In this document: piece after piece, positions 56,761 to 64,000 of the stretch | Numbering within the stretch: position 1 is the stretch's first letter | Layout of the letters: the number at the start of each line of letters is the position of its first letter | Assembly: GCA_044221725.1 (NCBI GenBank) | Contig: JBGAON010000003.1 | Coordinates: 96,001 to 160,000 of the forward strand | Source: Elusimicrobiota bacterium | Lineage (GTDB): Bacteria > Elusimicrobiota > Elusimicrobia > F11 | Direction of reading: 5' to 3' | DNA: 64,000 nt | Translations under genes and position numbers: made by a program | Notes under the pieces: generated by a model | What the model was told of the DNA's origin: nothing | Database searches by the model: none | The model's input: the letters and a program-made list of their open reading frames with translations, nothing else

Positions 56761-58236
56761 TTAGCGGAGAACGGCGATTTTGCCTTGTTTTTTGTGACCG
56801 GCGGAATCGGTGATCAGAAAATAATAAACACCGGACGCTACTTGCTTTCCATCGTCGTTTACGGCCATCCATTTCAAGGTCGTTGAGCCAACAGCCGCTT
56901 CTTTATTAAAAACTGGTTCGCCGGCCACTGTAAAAATTTGCACTTTTGCGCCGGGCGTCAGATTCGTGAAGGTGACGTCGCTATGGCCCAAATTTGAGTT
57001 TGGCTTGAACGGATTCGGATAGGCGTGCGCGTCGTCCAGTGTAGAAGGGGTTATTCCACTGCTGGTCGGACCCGAACCTGACGCGCTGGAAAATACCGTG
57101 GAGACGCGCAATTGGACGTCCTGTGCTGCGATGGCTTGCGCCGTTTGGCTTGTGTTTTGGGGTATTAGCACCTGAAAATTTTCTTGGGCGCTGTCGAAGT
57201 TGCCGTCCACCGGAGTTGCGATAGCCCATGTTCCGTCTTTTAGTCGATACTCCACCTTCGCAATCGTATCGACGGAGAAACCATATCCTTGGGAGTTCGA
57301 CTGGCGTGGCAGAATCGACACGGCTGCTTGGCCCGTAAAAGCGGTGCTTCCCGACGTTGCGGACTGGGACGGTTGTGGCGTGAGTGTGACCCTTGGAGAT
57401 TGATCGAGAATATCATCACGACCGTTTTTGTCGCTATCGCGCCACCCGATCGCGAGCTTGGCCCAATCGTCGAGCCCCCAACGAATACCACCGCGCATGA
57501 TAGAGTCTGGGGCGTTCGCCTTTGAAGAGTAAGCATGGTTGCCGTTTATCGTCGGAAAATAGCCGTCGGTATAATCGTTCGGGCCGCTGGCTCCGGCGTA
57601 TTCGTCGAGCGCGTGGAAGATATGTCCCATTTCGTGCGCCGCTACCACGTTCATGTTGCTGATGCCATATCCGTCGTTGTCGTATGTCATTACAGCAAAT
57701 GGTCCGCCGAGATAAGCATACGCAAACAACCCGTCCGCAAACATTCCATTGGAATCCTTTAGACTATCGACGACAAATATGACGTAGCCCCAATCTGTCT
57801 TGTACTGTTTACGAAGGTCGTTTACATAAGCGCGTGTCGCGGAAAACCGTGTTCCGCTGTAACCCACCTTGCTCATGATGTCGGGGATCCAAAGCGACTC
57901 GTCGTAATAAGGTCGATTTATAGGCTCGTATTTTGTGGCGACCGTTCGTGAAACAACCGTAAAGCTGACAGGCGACCTGGGATTTTGCTTTGTCCACCAA
58001 TCGAGACCCGACATAATTTGGCTGAGCACCTGCGCTTTGCGATCGTCGCTCCAGTCTTCGGTGTTCGCGTCCTGGGTTCCATCCGATTCCGGGAAAATCA
58101 CAGAGACCACGACGCTTCCCATTAAAAAATCGCTTGTGTAATTCGATTGGTCGAGGCCGACGCTGCTCAGTTTCGCATGCACCGGTTGCATCATCGTGAG
58201 CGCCAGCGCCGCTGCAATGACTGTTTTCTGTTTCAT
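56761..58236 (-). CDS. Secreted zinc metalloprotease with T9SS type-A-like C-terminal domain
   Basis: HEMGHIFHALDEY with Met-turn SIMRG; C-terminal AYPNPF..IFTVAGE..SGVYYF..GKIAVLR. Confidence 0.85.
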   Translation of the reverse strand: MKQKTVIAAALALTMMQPVHAKLSSVGLDQSNYTSDFLMGSVVVSVIFPESDGTQDANTEDWSDDRKAQVLSQIMSGLDWWTKQNPRSPVSFTVVSRTVATKYEPINRPYYDESLWIPDIMSKVGYSGTRFSATRAYVNDLRKQYKTDWGYVIFVVDSLKDSNGMFADGLFAYAYLGGPFAVMTYDNDGYGISNMNVVAAHEMGHIFHALDEYAGASGPNDYTDGYFPTINGNHAYSSKANAPDSIMRGGIRWGLDDWAKLAIGWRDSDKNGRDDILDQSPRVTLTPQPSQSATSGSTAFTGQAAVSILPRQSNSQGYGFSVDTIAKVEYRLKDGTWAIATPVDGNFDSAQENFQVLIPQNTSQTAQAIAAQDVQLRVSTVFSSASGSGPTSSGITPSTLDDAHAYPNPFKPNSNLGHSDVTFTNLTPGAKVQIFTVAGEPVFNKEAAVGSTTLKWMAVNDDGKQVASGVYYFLITDSAGHKKQGKIAVLR

Positions 58237-59282
58237 CGCGGCGCCTCAGGATTTACGAAAACATCTGTTTTGGAATTTTCGGGAGCGTTCACATTGATTG
58301 TGCGGATTTCTGACCAATCGCTTTTTTGATCGCCCCAAAATTGAGCTCGCCAATACAATTTGTCGCCGACTCTTAAATCCGGGGAAGGACACACGAATTC
58401 GCCCGTTGCCGAGATAGCGTCCACTATCGTCCGACCAAAGTCGGAACTTCTCGCAACTTGAATGCGCACGGGCGTGCTGGCGTTGGCTTGCCATTCGAGA
58501 ATTAAGTTGAATCCGCGCGATTCAAAATTGGACAAGGGTGAGGTTAAGAGCGGGGCGGGAGACGTCGTTTCCGAAATGCTCGCGGGTACGCTTACAGTCG
58601 CTGTCCGAGAGAACGCGCCATAGACATTTTCTCGGCTCCCCGTTTCCGTTGTCACCACATCCACCGCTCGTACGCGCACAAAAACTGTCGAAGGATTCGC
58701 CTGAATTGGCGCCGGAAGATCTGCGGTTGGCTGGCTCGTCTGATCGAAAGAGATTCGATTGCTAAAAGTTTCATCCGAGGCGCTTTCGACTTCATAGAAA
58801 AGCGCGCCACTGAGGCCGGTCCACGAGACGTGCAGCGTGTGACCGTTCCGTTCGCAAAGAACTCCTTGCGGAGAAGGCAGCGACTGTCGCGCCACCAATG
58901 AACGAATCGCTCCGGCCGTTGCTTGGGACCCCACCCTTTTTGAATCTGCGAGCAGCTGCCTGTTCCATTGCGTTCCGGCGGCCACCGCTAGAGGGCCAAG
59001 CGGTTGAAGCGTATCGAGAGAAACGGCGCTGGTTGTAAAGAATTTAACGGATGCCATCGTTTTGGGGTTGACCGAATCCGGAAAATTCGCAATGAGAATT
59101 TGAGGCGGGACTTGGTGGTGAATCCGAACACCTTTTTGTGCGAGGTGCGCGGCCTCGTCAACGATATCTGTGCCGTCATTTAGGATTAGAAAAAAAGGCG
59201 TCTCGGCTCGCAGGTTCGCAACGGAGGTAACAGTTAGAAAAACGAATATCCAAGAAAGGTTATTCAGCAGGAGTTTTCGCAT
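58233..59282 (-). CDS. Exported protein with fibronectin type III-like domains
   Basis: Signal peptide; VSW...YEVE..F..VRVRAV and LEW..IQVA..F..YWRA..WS patterns; ATGA overlap with the protease gene. Confidence 0.7.
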   Translation of the reverse strand: MRKLLLNNLSWIFVFLTVTSVANLRAETPFFLILNDGTDIVDEAAHLAQKGVRIHHQVPPQILIANFPDSVNPKTMASVKFFTTSAVSLDTLQPLGPLAVAAGTQWNRQLLADSKRVGSQATAGAIRSLVARQSLPSPQGVLCERNGHTLHVSWTGLSGALFYEVESASDETFSNRISFDQTSQPTADLPAPIQANPSTVFVRVRAVDVVTTETGSRENVYGAFSRTATVSVPASISETTSPAPLLTSPLSNFESRGFNLILEWQANASTPVRIQVARSSDFGRTIVDAISATGEFVCPSPDLRVGDKLYWRAQFWGDQKSDWSEIRTINVNAPENSKTDVFVNPEAPR

Positions 59283-59421
59283 CACCTGTTCATATACGCG
59301 AATCGAAAAAGATTCAATGACTTTTCTGCGCTTTTTCATCGTCTCTTAAGCGTAAGCCTCGACTGTGTTAAAGCCGTGACAAGCTGTGGAAAACTGTGCG
59401 AATTTCTTATGATCCTCCAGC

Positions 59422-59922
59422 ATGATCATCATTAAGATCATCTTTGGCGCGCTGCTTTTGTTCGTCGCCTGGACGTATATCTTCCATAAGAAGTTAGCCT
59501 TCCAACTAAACGCGTGGATGCGCGAATATGTTTTCAATGATCAGATCGTTTTGTTCTCCGGCCGGCGCATCGCGATTCTTCTCCTCATTTTGGGAGGCGT
59601 GGCTTTGTTCTCGGGGCTTGAAGGAATTATCGATGTTCAACCCGTCAAGCCCAATATTGCAGCAACAATGATCGAGGAAGCTCGTAAGGACAGTAAGAAC
59701 GGGCGCTATTCGGCCGTTGTTCGCCGGTGTCGAGAGCTGATTCGTTCAACTCCCAATTCGGTCGAAGCGTGGGAATTGTTGGTTGACGCGTACAGCCGTC
59801 TCGGAGAGAAACAGCTCGCGCAAGAAGCCGCAAGCGTATTGCTGCGATTGAGCCCCGATCACCCCATCGGGCAAAGTTTTTTCCAGACGGAAAAACAAAG
59901 AGTGGATCGTGAACGCGAATGA
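59422..59922 (+). CDS. Two-TM protein with C-terminal TPR
   Basis: Two hydrophobic helices; PNSVEAW.LL..AY..LG and L.PDH TPR patterns. Confidence 0.72.
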   Translation: MIIIKIIFGALLLFVAWTYIFHKKLAFQLNAWMREYVFNDQIVLFSGRRIAILLLILGGVALFSGLEGIIDVQPVKPNIAATMIEEARKDSKNGRYSAVVRRCRELIRSTPNSVEAWELLVDAYSRLGEKQLAQEAASVLLRLSPDHPIGQSFFQTEKQRVDRERE

Positions 59923-61253
59923 AAACTTCCGCCGAATTCGCCGCCCGATTGAAAATATTGGCTGCAGCGGTTCCTGCAGAAACCGAACTGTTTGCGCATG
60001 TGCAAATGCGCCGATCCATTGGATGGTCGGATGGGAAACCAAGTCTAAACGCGTGTTCCGATGAGGAAGGGCTTTGTGTGCGGGTTCTCAAGGCGGGAAA
60101 ACAGGGTATTGTTACGGCCCGAACTCTCGAACCAGCGAACATCCAGCAATTGGTTTTCGATTCGGCTTTTGTTGCTAAAAGTACGCCAGCCGATCCCTTC
60201 CGGTCTTTTGCAAACGCATCGCCCGATGTGTCGCAATTGCCGGTCGATTCCGATCTTTTCGCCCGCCCATTAACGTCGGTCCGCGAATGCTTGGAAGATC
60301 TCGAGCGAAAGGTTTTGCAGCACGATAAACGGATAAAGAAGGTCATCAAATTTCAATTTTCGGAGGGCCGTTCGTTGAAAGGCATCGCCGGATCGCGGAA
60401 AAATCCAATTGTTTCGGAACAGTCCGAAACGAGTTTTTCGGCGGAAGTGTTGGCCGTGGAAGGAAATGCCAACGAGGTGGCTTGGGATCATCGGTCAAAA
60501 CGTTTTTCGAAAAATCTGATGCTTGATGAAATGGCAATGTCAGTGGCGGAGCACGCCGTTGAATCGCTCGGGGGGCGGCCCGTTCCTTCGGGAGCGTACA
60601 CGGTCGCCGTGCATCCGCGCGTGGGTGTTCAGATATTAAGTCTCTTGGCGGGCGCATTATCGGCCGAAGCCGTTCAGCGGAACCGTTCGTTCCTTGTCAA
60701 CAAACGACAACAAAAAATTGCAGCGTCCATCGTTAATCTCGTTGACGATCCGTTGCTGCCCGATGGCGTTGCGAGCGCCGAATTTGATGACGAAGGAACG
60801 CCGCATAAACGCGTTGCCGTTTTGTCGGAAGGTGTGTTGAACGATTACTTTTACGATGTTGCTTCCGCAAACAAAGAAAATCGTACGTCAAACGGCCATG
60901 GGATCAAGCAGAGCCTCGGATCCGCCCCGCGTCCCAGCGCGACCAATTTCTATATGGGTGCCGGACCATCAACCACCGAGGAAATGCTCACGGCGGAGAA
61001 AAAGATTTTTTTCTTGAAAGATGTTATGGGACTCCATATGGCGGACCCGATTACAGGCGAGTTTTCATTGGGAGCGTCGGGATCTCTCTACGAAAATGGG
61101 CGCCGCGTTCAGCCGGTACGAGGCGTTACCATCGCCGGAACGGTGCTGGACGTATTGAAAAATATTGGTGCCATTGGCAAAGAAGTCGTTTGGTATGGTT
61201 CCATCGGATGCCCCATGTTTCTATTGCCAAACGTTGTGATCGCCGGAACCTGA
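59919..61253 (+). CDS. pmbA: TldD/PmbA family protein (PmbA/TldE type)
   Basis: DDP..P, FDDEGTP, TSNGH and TGEFSLG motifs; no HExxGH. Confidence 0.88.
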   Translation: MKTSAEFAARLKILAAAVPAETELFAHVQMRRSIGWSDGKPSLNACSDEEGLCVRVLKAGKQGIVTARTLEPANIQQLVFDSAFVAKSTPADPFRSFANASPDVSQLPVDSDLFARPLTSVRECLEDLERKVLQHDKRIKKVIKFQFSEGRSLKGIAGSRKNPIVSEQSETSFSAEVLAVEGNANEVAWDHRSKRFSKNLMLDEMAMSVAEHAVESLGGRPVPSGAYTVAVHPRVGVQILSLLAGALSAEAVQRNRSFLVNKRQQKIAASIVNLVDDPLLPDGVASAEFDDEGTPHKRVAVLSEGVLNDYFYDVASANKENRTSNGHGIKQSLGSAPRPSATNFYMGAGPSTTEEMLTAEKKIFFLKDVMGLHMADPITGEFSLGASGSLYENGRRVQPVRGVTIAGTVLDVLKNIGAIGKEVVWYGSIGCPMFLLPNVVIAGT

Positions 61254-61256
61254 GGC

Positions 61257-62132
61257 ATGTCTCAGCAGGATAAGCAGGGCGACGACCAATTCGCTAAAGT
61301 CAAACCGGGTGACATGGGAATCATTGGAAATCCCGTTGAACATTCGATGTCTCCGCGAATGCAAGGCCCCGCGCTTCGCTATTGGTGGACGCAGCTTGGC
61401 CGAGCAGCCGATACGGCGCCGCGCTATCACAAATTTCTTGTCCCTATTGACCAGCTTGAACGCTCGCTGTCACTGGTTCGTGAGCGCCACTTGCTTGGTG
61501 TAAATGTTACCGTTCCATTTAAGCGAGCGGTTTGCAGCCACCTGAACGAAATTGATGAATTTGCGAACAACGTGCAGTCGGTTAACACGGTCAAAGTTAT
61601 CGATGGAAAATTGGTGGGATATAATACGGATGCTTATGGATTTGAAAAATCGCTCGAAGAGTTTGGTTTTGAGCCACGACAGAAGTCCGTGCTTGTTCTG
61701 GGTTTGGGCGGGACGGGCGTCGTTCTTATTCACAGGTTGTTGGAATTAGGGATTAAATCTCTGTTCGTTTGGAATCGTTCAAGTCAGCGATCCCTCTCGG
61801 TTCCTCAAACGAAGATTCAGCCTGTTCGCGTGGAAACCGAGCACTTGAAAGAAGTGGTTCCGGAAGTTGACCTCGTCGTTAACGCGACAAGTGTTGGACT
61901 AAAAGAGGGCGATCCATCTCCTATTCCGAAACCGAGATTTCAGTCGCGGCAATTTGTATACGATGTTGTCTACCACCGAGAAACCGAGTTTTTGAAGCTA
62001 GCGAAACAATCTGGCGCGAAAACATCGAACGGGCTTGGCATGTTGCTTCATCAAGGTGCCAAGTCGTTCGAAATTTGGACCGGCGCGACAGCGCCCATTG
62101 AACTAATGAGGAAGGAACTTAAAACCGTATGA
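61257..62132 (+). CDS. aroE: Shikimate dehydrogenase
   Basis: HSMSP, NVTVPFK, VNT, NTD, NATSVG and GLGMLLHQG motifs. Confidence 0.95.
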   Translation: MSQQDKQGDDQFAKVKPGDMGIIGNPVEHSMSPRMQGPALRYWWTQLGRAADTAPRYHKFLVPIDQLERSLSLVRERHLLGVNVTVPFKRAVCSHLNEIDEFANNVQSVNTVKVIDGKLVGYNTDAYGFEKSLEEFGFEPRQKSVLVLGLGGTGVVLIHRLLELGIKSLFVWNRSSQRSLSVPQTKIQPVRVETEHLKEVVPEVDLVVNATSVGLKEGDPSPIPKPRFQSRQFVYDVVYHRETEFLKLAKQSGAKTSNGLGMLLHQGAKSFEIWTGATAPIELMRKELKTV

Positions 62133-63295
62133 GCATTCGATATTTGACCGCCGGAGAATCGCATGGCCGGCACCTAACCGCGATTTTGGAAGGTCTTCCA
62201 GCCGGTGTGCCAATTACCGAAGCGGAAGTGAACGAACAGCTCTCGCGGCGACAACACACATTTGGACGCGGTGAACGTCAACAATATATCGAAAGCGACG
62301 CGGCGAAATTTGTTTCCGGGGTTCGACACGGCCAAACGCTCGGTTCGCCCATCACAATGGTGGTTGAGAACAAAGACTGGCCAAATTGGGAAAAAATAAT
62401 GTCTGTGGACGCGGCCGATTTCGACGAGAAATTTGCTCTTGTGCGTCCGCGCCCCGGTCACGCCGATCTCGTCGGGGCGATCAAATATGACCGTTACGAC
62501 ACACGAGACATTCTCGAGCGTGCCAGCGCGCGTGAAACGGCGGCACGCACAGCGGTCGGCGCTGTGTGCCAGAAGTTTCTTGAACAGTTCGGTATCAAAA
62601 TTTTCTCTTGGGTAATCGACATCGGCGGGGTTCGCGCAAAATTGCCAGAGGGACAGGCCGTGGAAATTTACAAAAAGGCCAAGGAATCTCCCGTGCAATG
62701 CCCGGACGAAGAGGCCACGCAAAAAATGATGGAAATTATTCACGCGGCGAAAAAAGCCGGCGATACGCTCGGAGGGGTCTATGAAGTGTGGGCAACCGGA
62801 TTGCCGGTGGGTTTGGGATCGCACGTTCAGTGGGATCTAAAGCTCGATGGCCAATTGGCGCAGGCGATCATGTCCATTCAAGCGCATAAGGGGGTGGAAT
62901 TCGGTCGCGGTTTTGAGCTCGGAAATCGCAAGGGTTCCGAAGTGCATGACGAAATTTACTATTCGAAAGAACAGGGTTTCTACCGAAAGGCGAACAATGC
63001 GGGCGGCGTTGAGGGCGGAATGACAAATGGTGAACCGCTTATTATTCGAGCGGTCATCAAGCCGCTGGCGAGTTTGCGCAAGCCGTTGAACTCCGTTCAT
63101 CTGAAAACAAAGGAAGCGCTGCGGGCTGAAATTGTTCGGTCCGATGTGGCTCCTGTGGCGGCCGCGGCAATTATTGCTGAATCCGTCACTGCAATCACGT
63201 TGGCGCAATCGTTTGTCAACAAATTTGGCGGCGATTCGCTGCGCGAGATGAAAGACAATTACGAACGGTATCTCGAACACGTAAAGTCCTATTGA
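62129..63295 (+). CDS. aroC: Chorismate synthase
   Basis: TAGESHG, RPGHAD, ERASARET, GGVEGGMTNG and RSD motifs. Confidence 0.98.
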   Translation: MSIRYLTAGESHGRHLTAILEGLPAGVPITEAEVNEQLSRRQHTFGRGERQQYIESDAAKFVSGVRHGQTLGSPITMVVENKDWPNWEKIMSVDAADFDEKFALVRPRPGHADLVGAIKYDRYDTRDILERASARETAARTAVGAVCQKFLEQFGIKIFSWVIDIGGVRAKLPEGQAVEIYKKAKESPVQCPDEEATQKMMEIIHAAKKAGDTLGGVYEVWATGLPVGLGSHVQWDLKLDGQLAQAIMSIQAHKGVEFGRGFELGNRKGSEVHDEIYYSKEQGFYRKANNAGGVEGGMTNGEPLIIRAVIKPLASLRKPLNSVHLKTKEALRAEIVRSDVAPVAAAAIIAESVTAITLAQSFVNKFGGDSLREMKDNYERYLEHVKSY

Positions 63296-63804
63296 TGAAC
63301 ATCGTTCTAATTGGGTTCATGTGCTCCGGCAAATCACGCGTCGGACAGGAACTTGCTCGTCTACTGAAGTGGCCGCATTTTGACACCGATGAAATGATTA
63401 CCAAAGACGTGGGGGCTTCGGTCGCCGACATTATTCACAAACAAGGCGAGCCGGCCTTTCGAAGTATCGAAAAAAAAGCGGTTCAACTGGTTGCGTCCTT
63501 GGATAACTCCGTCATATCGACAGGCGGCGGAGTGCCGCTGGACCCTAATAATATGAAGGCGCTTTCGGAACGAGGTCGCTTTGTATGGCTAAAAATCTCC
63601 CCCGAAACGGTTTTAAAGCGTGCCGGCAATTTGAAATCGCGTCCCCTTATAGATCCACAAGACCCAATCGGTTCCATTAAGCGCCGAATGACAGAACGAG
63701 AGCCCGCGTATGCGAAAGCAGAGTTTCAAGTTTCAGTGGAGGACAAAACTCCGTCTTCTGTGGCGGAGCAGATTCTCGGATTAATTCCCGCGGTTAAGTC
63801 ATGA
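63295..63804 (+). CDS. aroK: Shikimate kinase
   Basis: GFMCSGKS, GE..FR..E, STGGG and RPL motifs. Confidence 0.96.
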   Translation: MNIVLIGFMCSGKSRVGQELARLLKWPHFDTDEMITKDVGASVADIIHKQGEPAFRSIEKKAVQLVASLDNSVISTGGGVPLDPNNMKALSERGRFVWLKISPETVLKRAGNLKSRPLIDPQDPIGSIKRRMTEREPAYAKAEFQVSVEDKTPSSVAEQILGLIPAVKS

Positions 63805-64000
63805 CACCAATTCGAGTGAAGCTCAAAGAGCGCTCCTATGAAATCCGATTCGGAAGTTTGAAAAGCGATTTTGGAATAATTTTCAAACGCTTATTTCCTC
63901 AGAAACCCAACGTCCTGATTGTTACCTCGCAAGCGGTCAAAAACGCAGGGCACTCAAAACGACTCGAGGCGGCACTGAAAGGAAAAGTATCGGGTGGTCA
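63801..64000 (+). CDS. aroB: 3-dehydroquinate synthase, 3'-truncated by the window edge
   Basis: ATGA overlap with aroK; translates MTPIRVKLKERSYEIRFG...VLIVT, a typical AroB N-terminus; fits the operon context. Confidence 0.8.
   Translation, partial: MTPIRVKLKERSYEIRFGSLKSDFGIIFKRLFPQKPNVLIVTSQAVKNAGHSKRLEAALKGKVSGG

Noticed and set aside
59919..61253. PmbA as part of a RiPP/microcin maturation cluster
   Set aside because: No precursor or modifying enzymes nearby; it sits in a housekeeping aro operon.

Overview
Gene-dense chromosomal window from a diderm, LPS-making bacterium (hldD, many outer-membrane beta-barrels, lipoproteins). Four PorV/FadL-like barrels, proteins with T9SS-type C-terminal domains and a 1611-aa protein with a TIKI/ChaN-like N-terminus suggest Elusimicrobiota or a related little-studied lineage; this is inference, not a taxonomic test. 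No mobile element, CRISPR array or rRNA was seen, and there is one tRNA-Leu(CAA). Housekeeping genes include cysW-cysA, a PPi-type PEP carboxykinase, mscL, dps, hemH, panD, ppa, an arylsulfatase, hldD, nadK, a fused IOR, nudF, metF, clpS, pmbA and aroE-aroC-aroK-aroB. Four regions stand out. (1) A metal-uptake region (9188-19448) starts at a perfect Fur-family palindrome. Two small Cys/His-rich ORFs there end in ribosome-stalling-type proline motifs (TPPPR, RAPP) just upstream of metal-binding beta-barrel genes, and in both the Pro codons are complementary to the downstream Shine-Dalgarno, suggesting tandem metal-sensing translational attenuators. (2) A T9SS-like cluster (51833-59282) holds an Omp85 protein, a stand-alone CTD protein, two PorV-like barrels and a CTD-tagged metalloprotease; a shared promoter-like motif lies upstream of three PorV paralogues. 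(3) An envelope operon encodes a His-less pseudo-kinase, an Asp-less pseudo-receiver/propeller and a PilZ protein. (4) A giant membrane protein. Start codons were re-picked by eye, and all family calls come from motif recognition without database searches.
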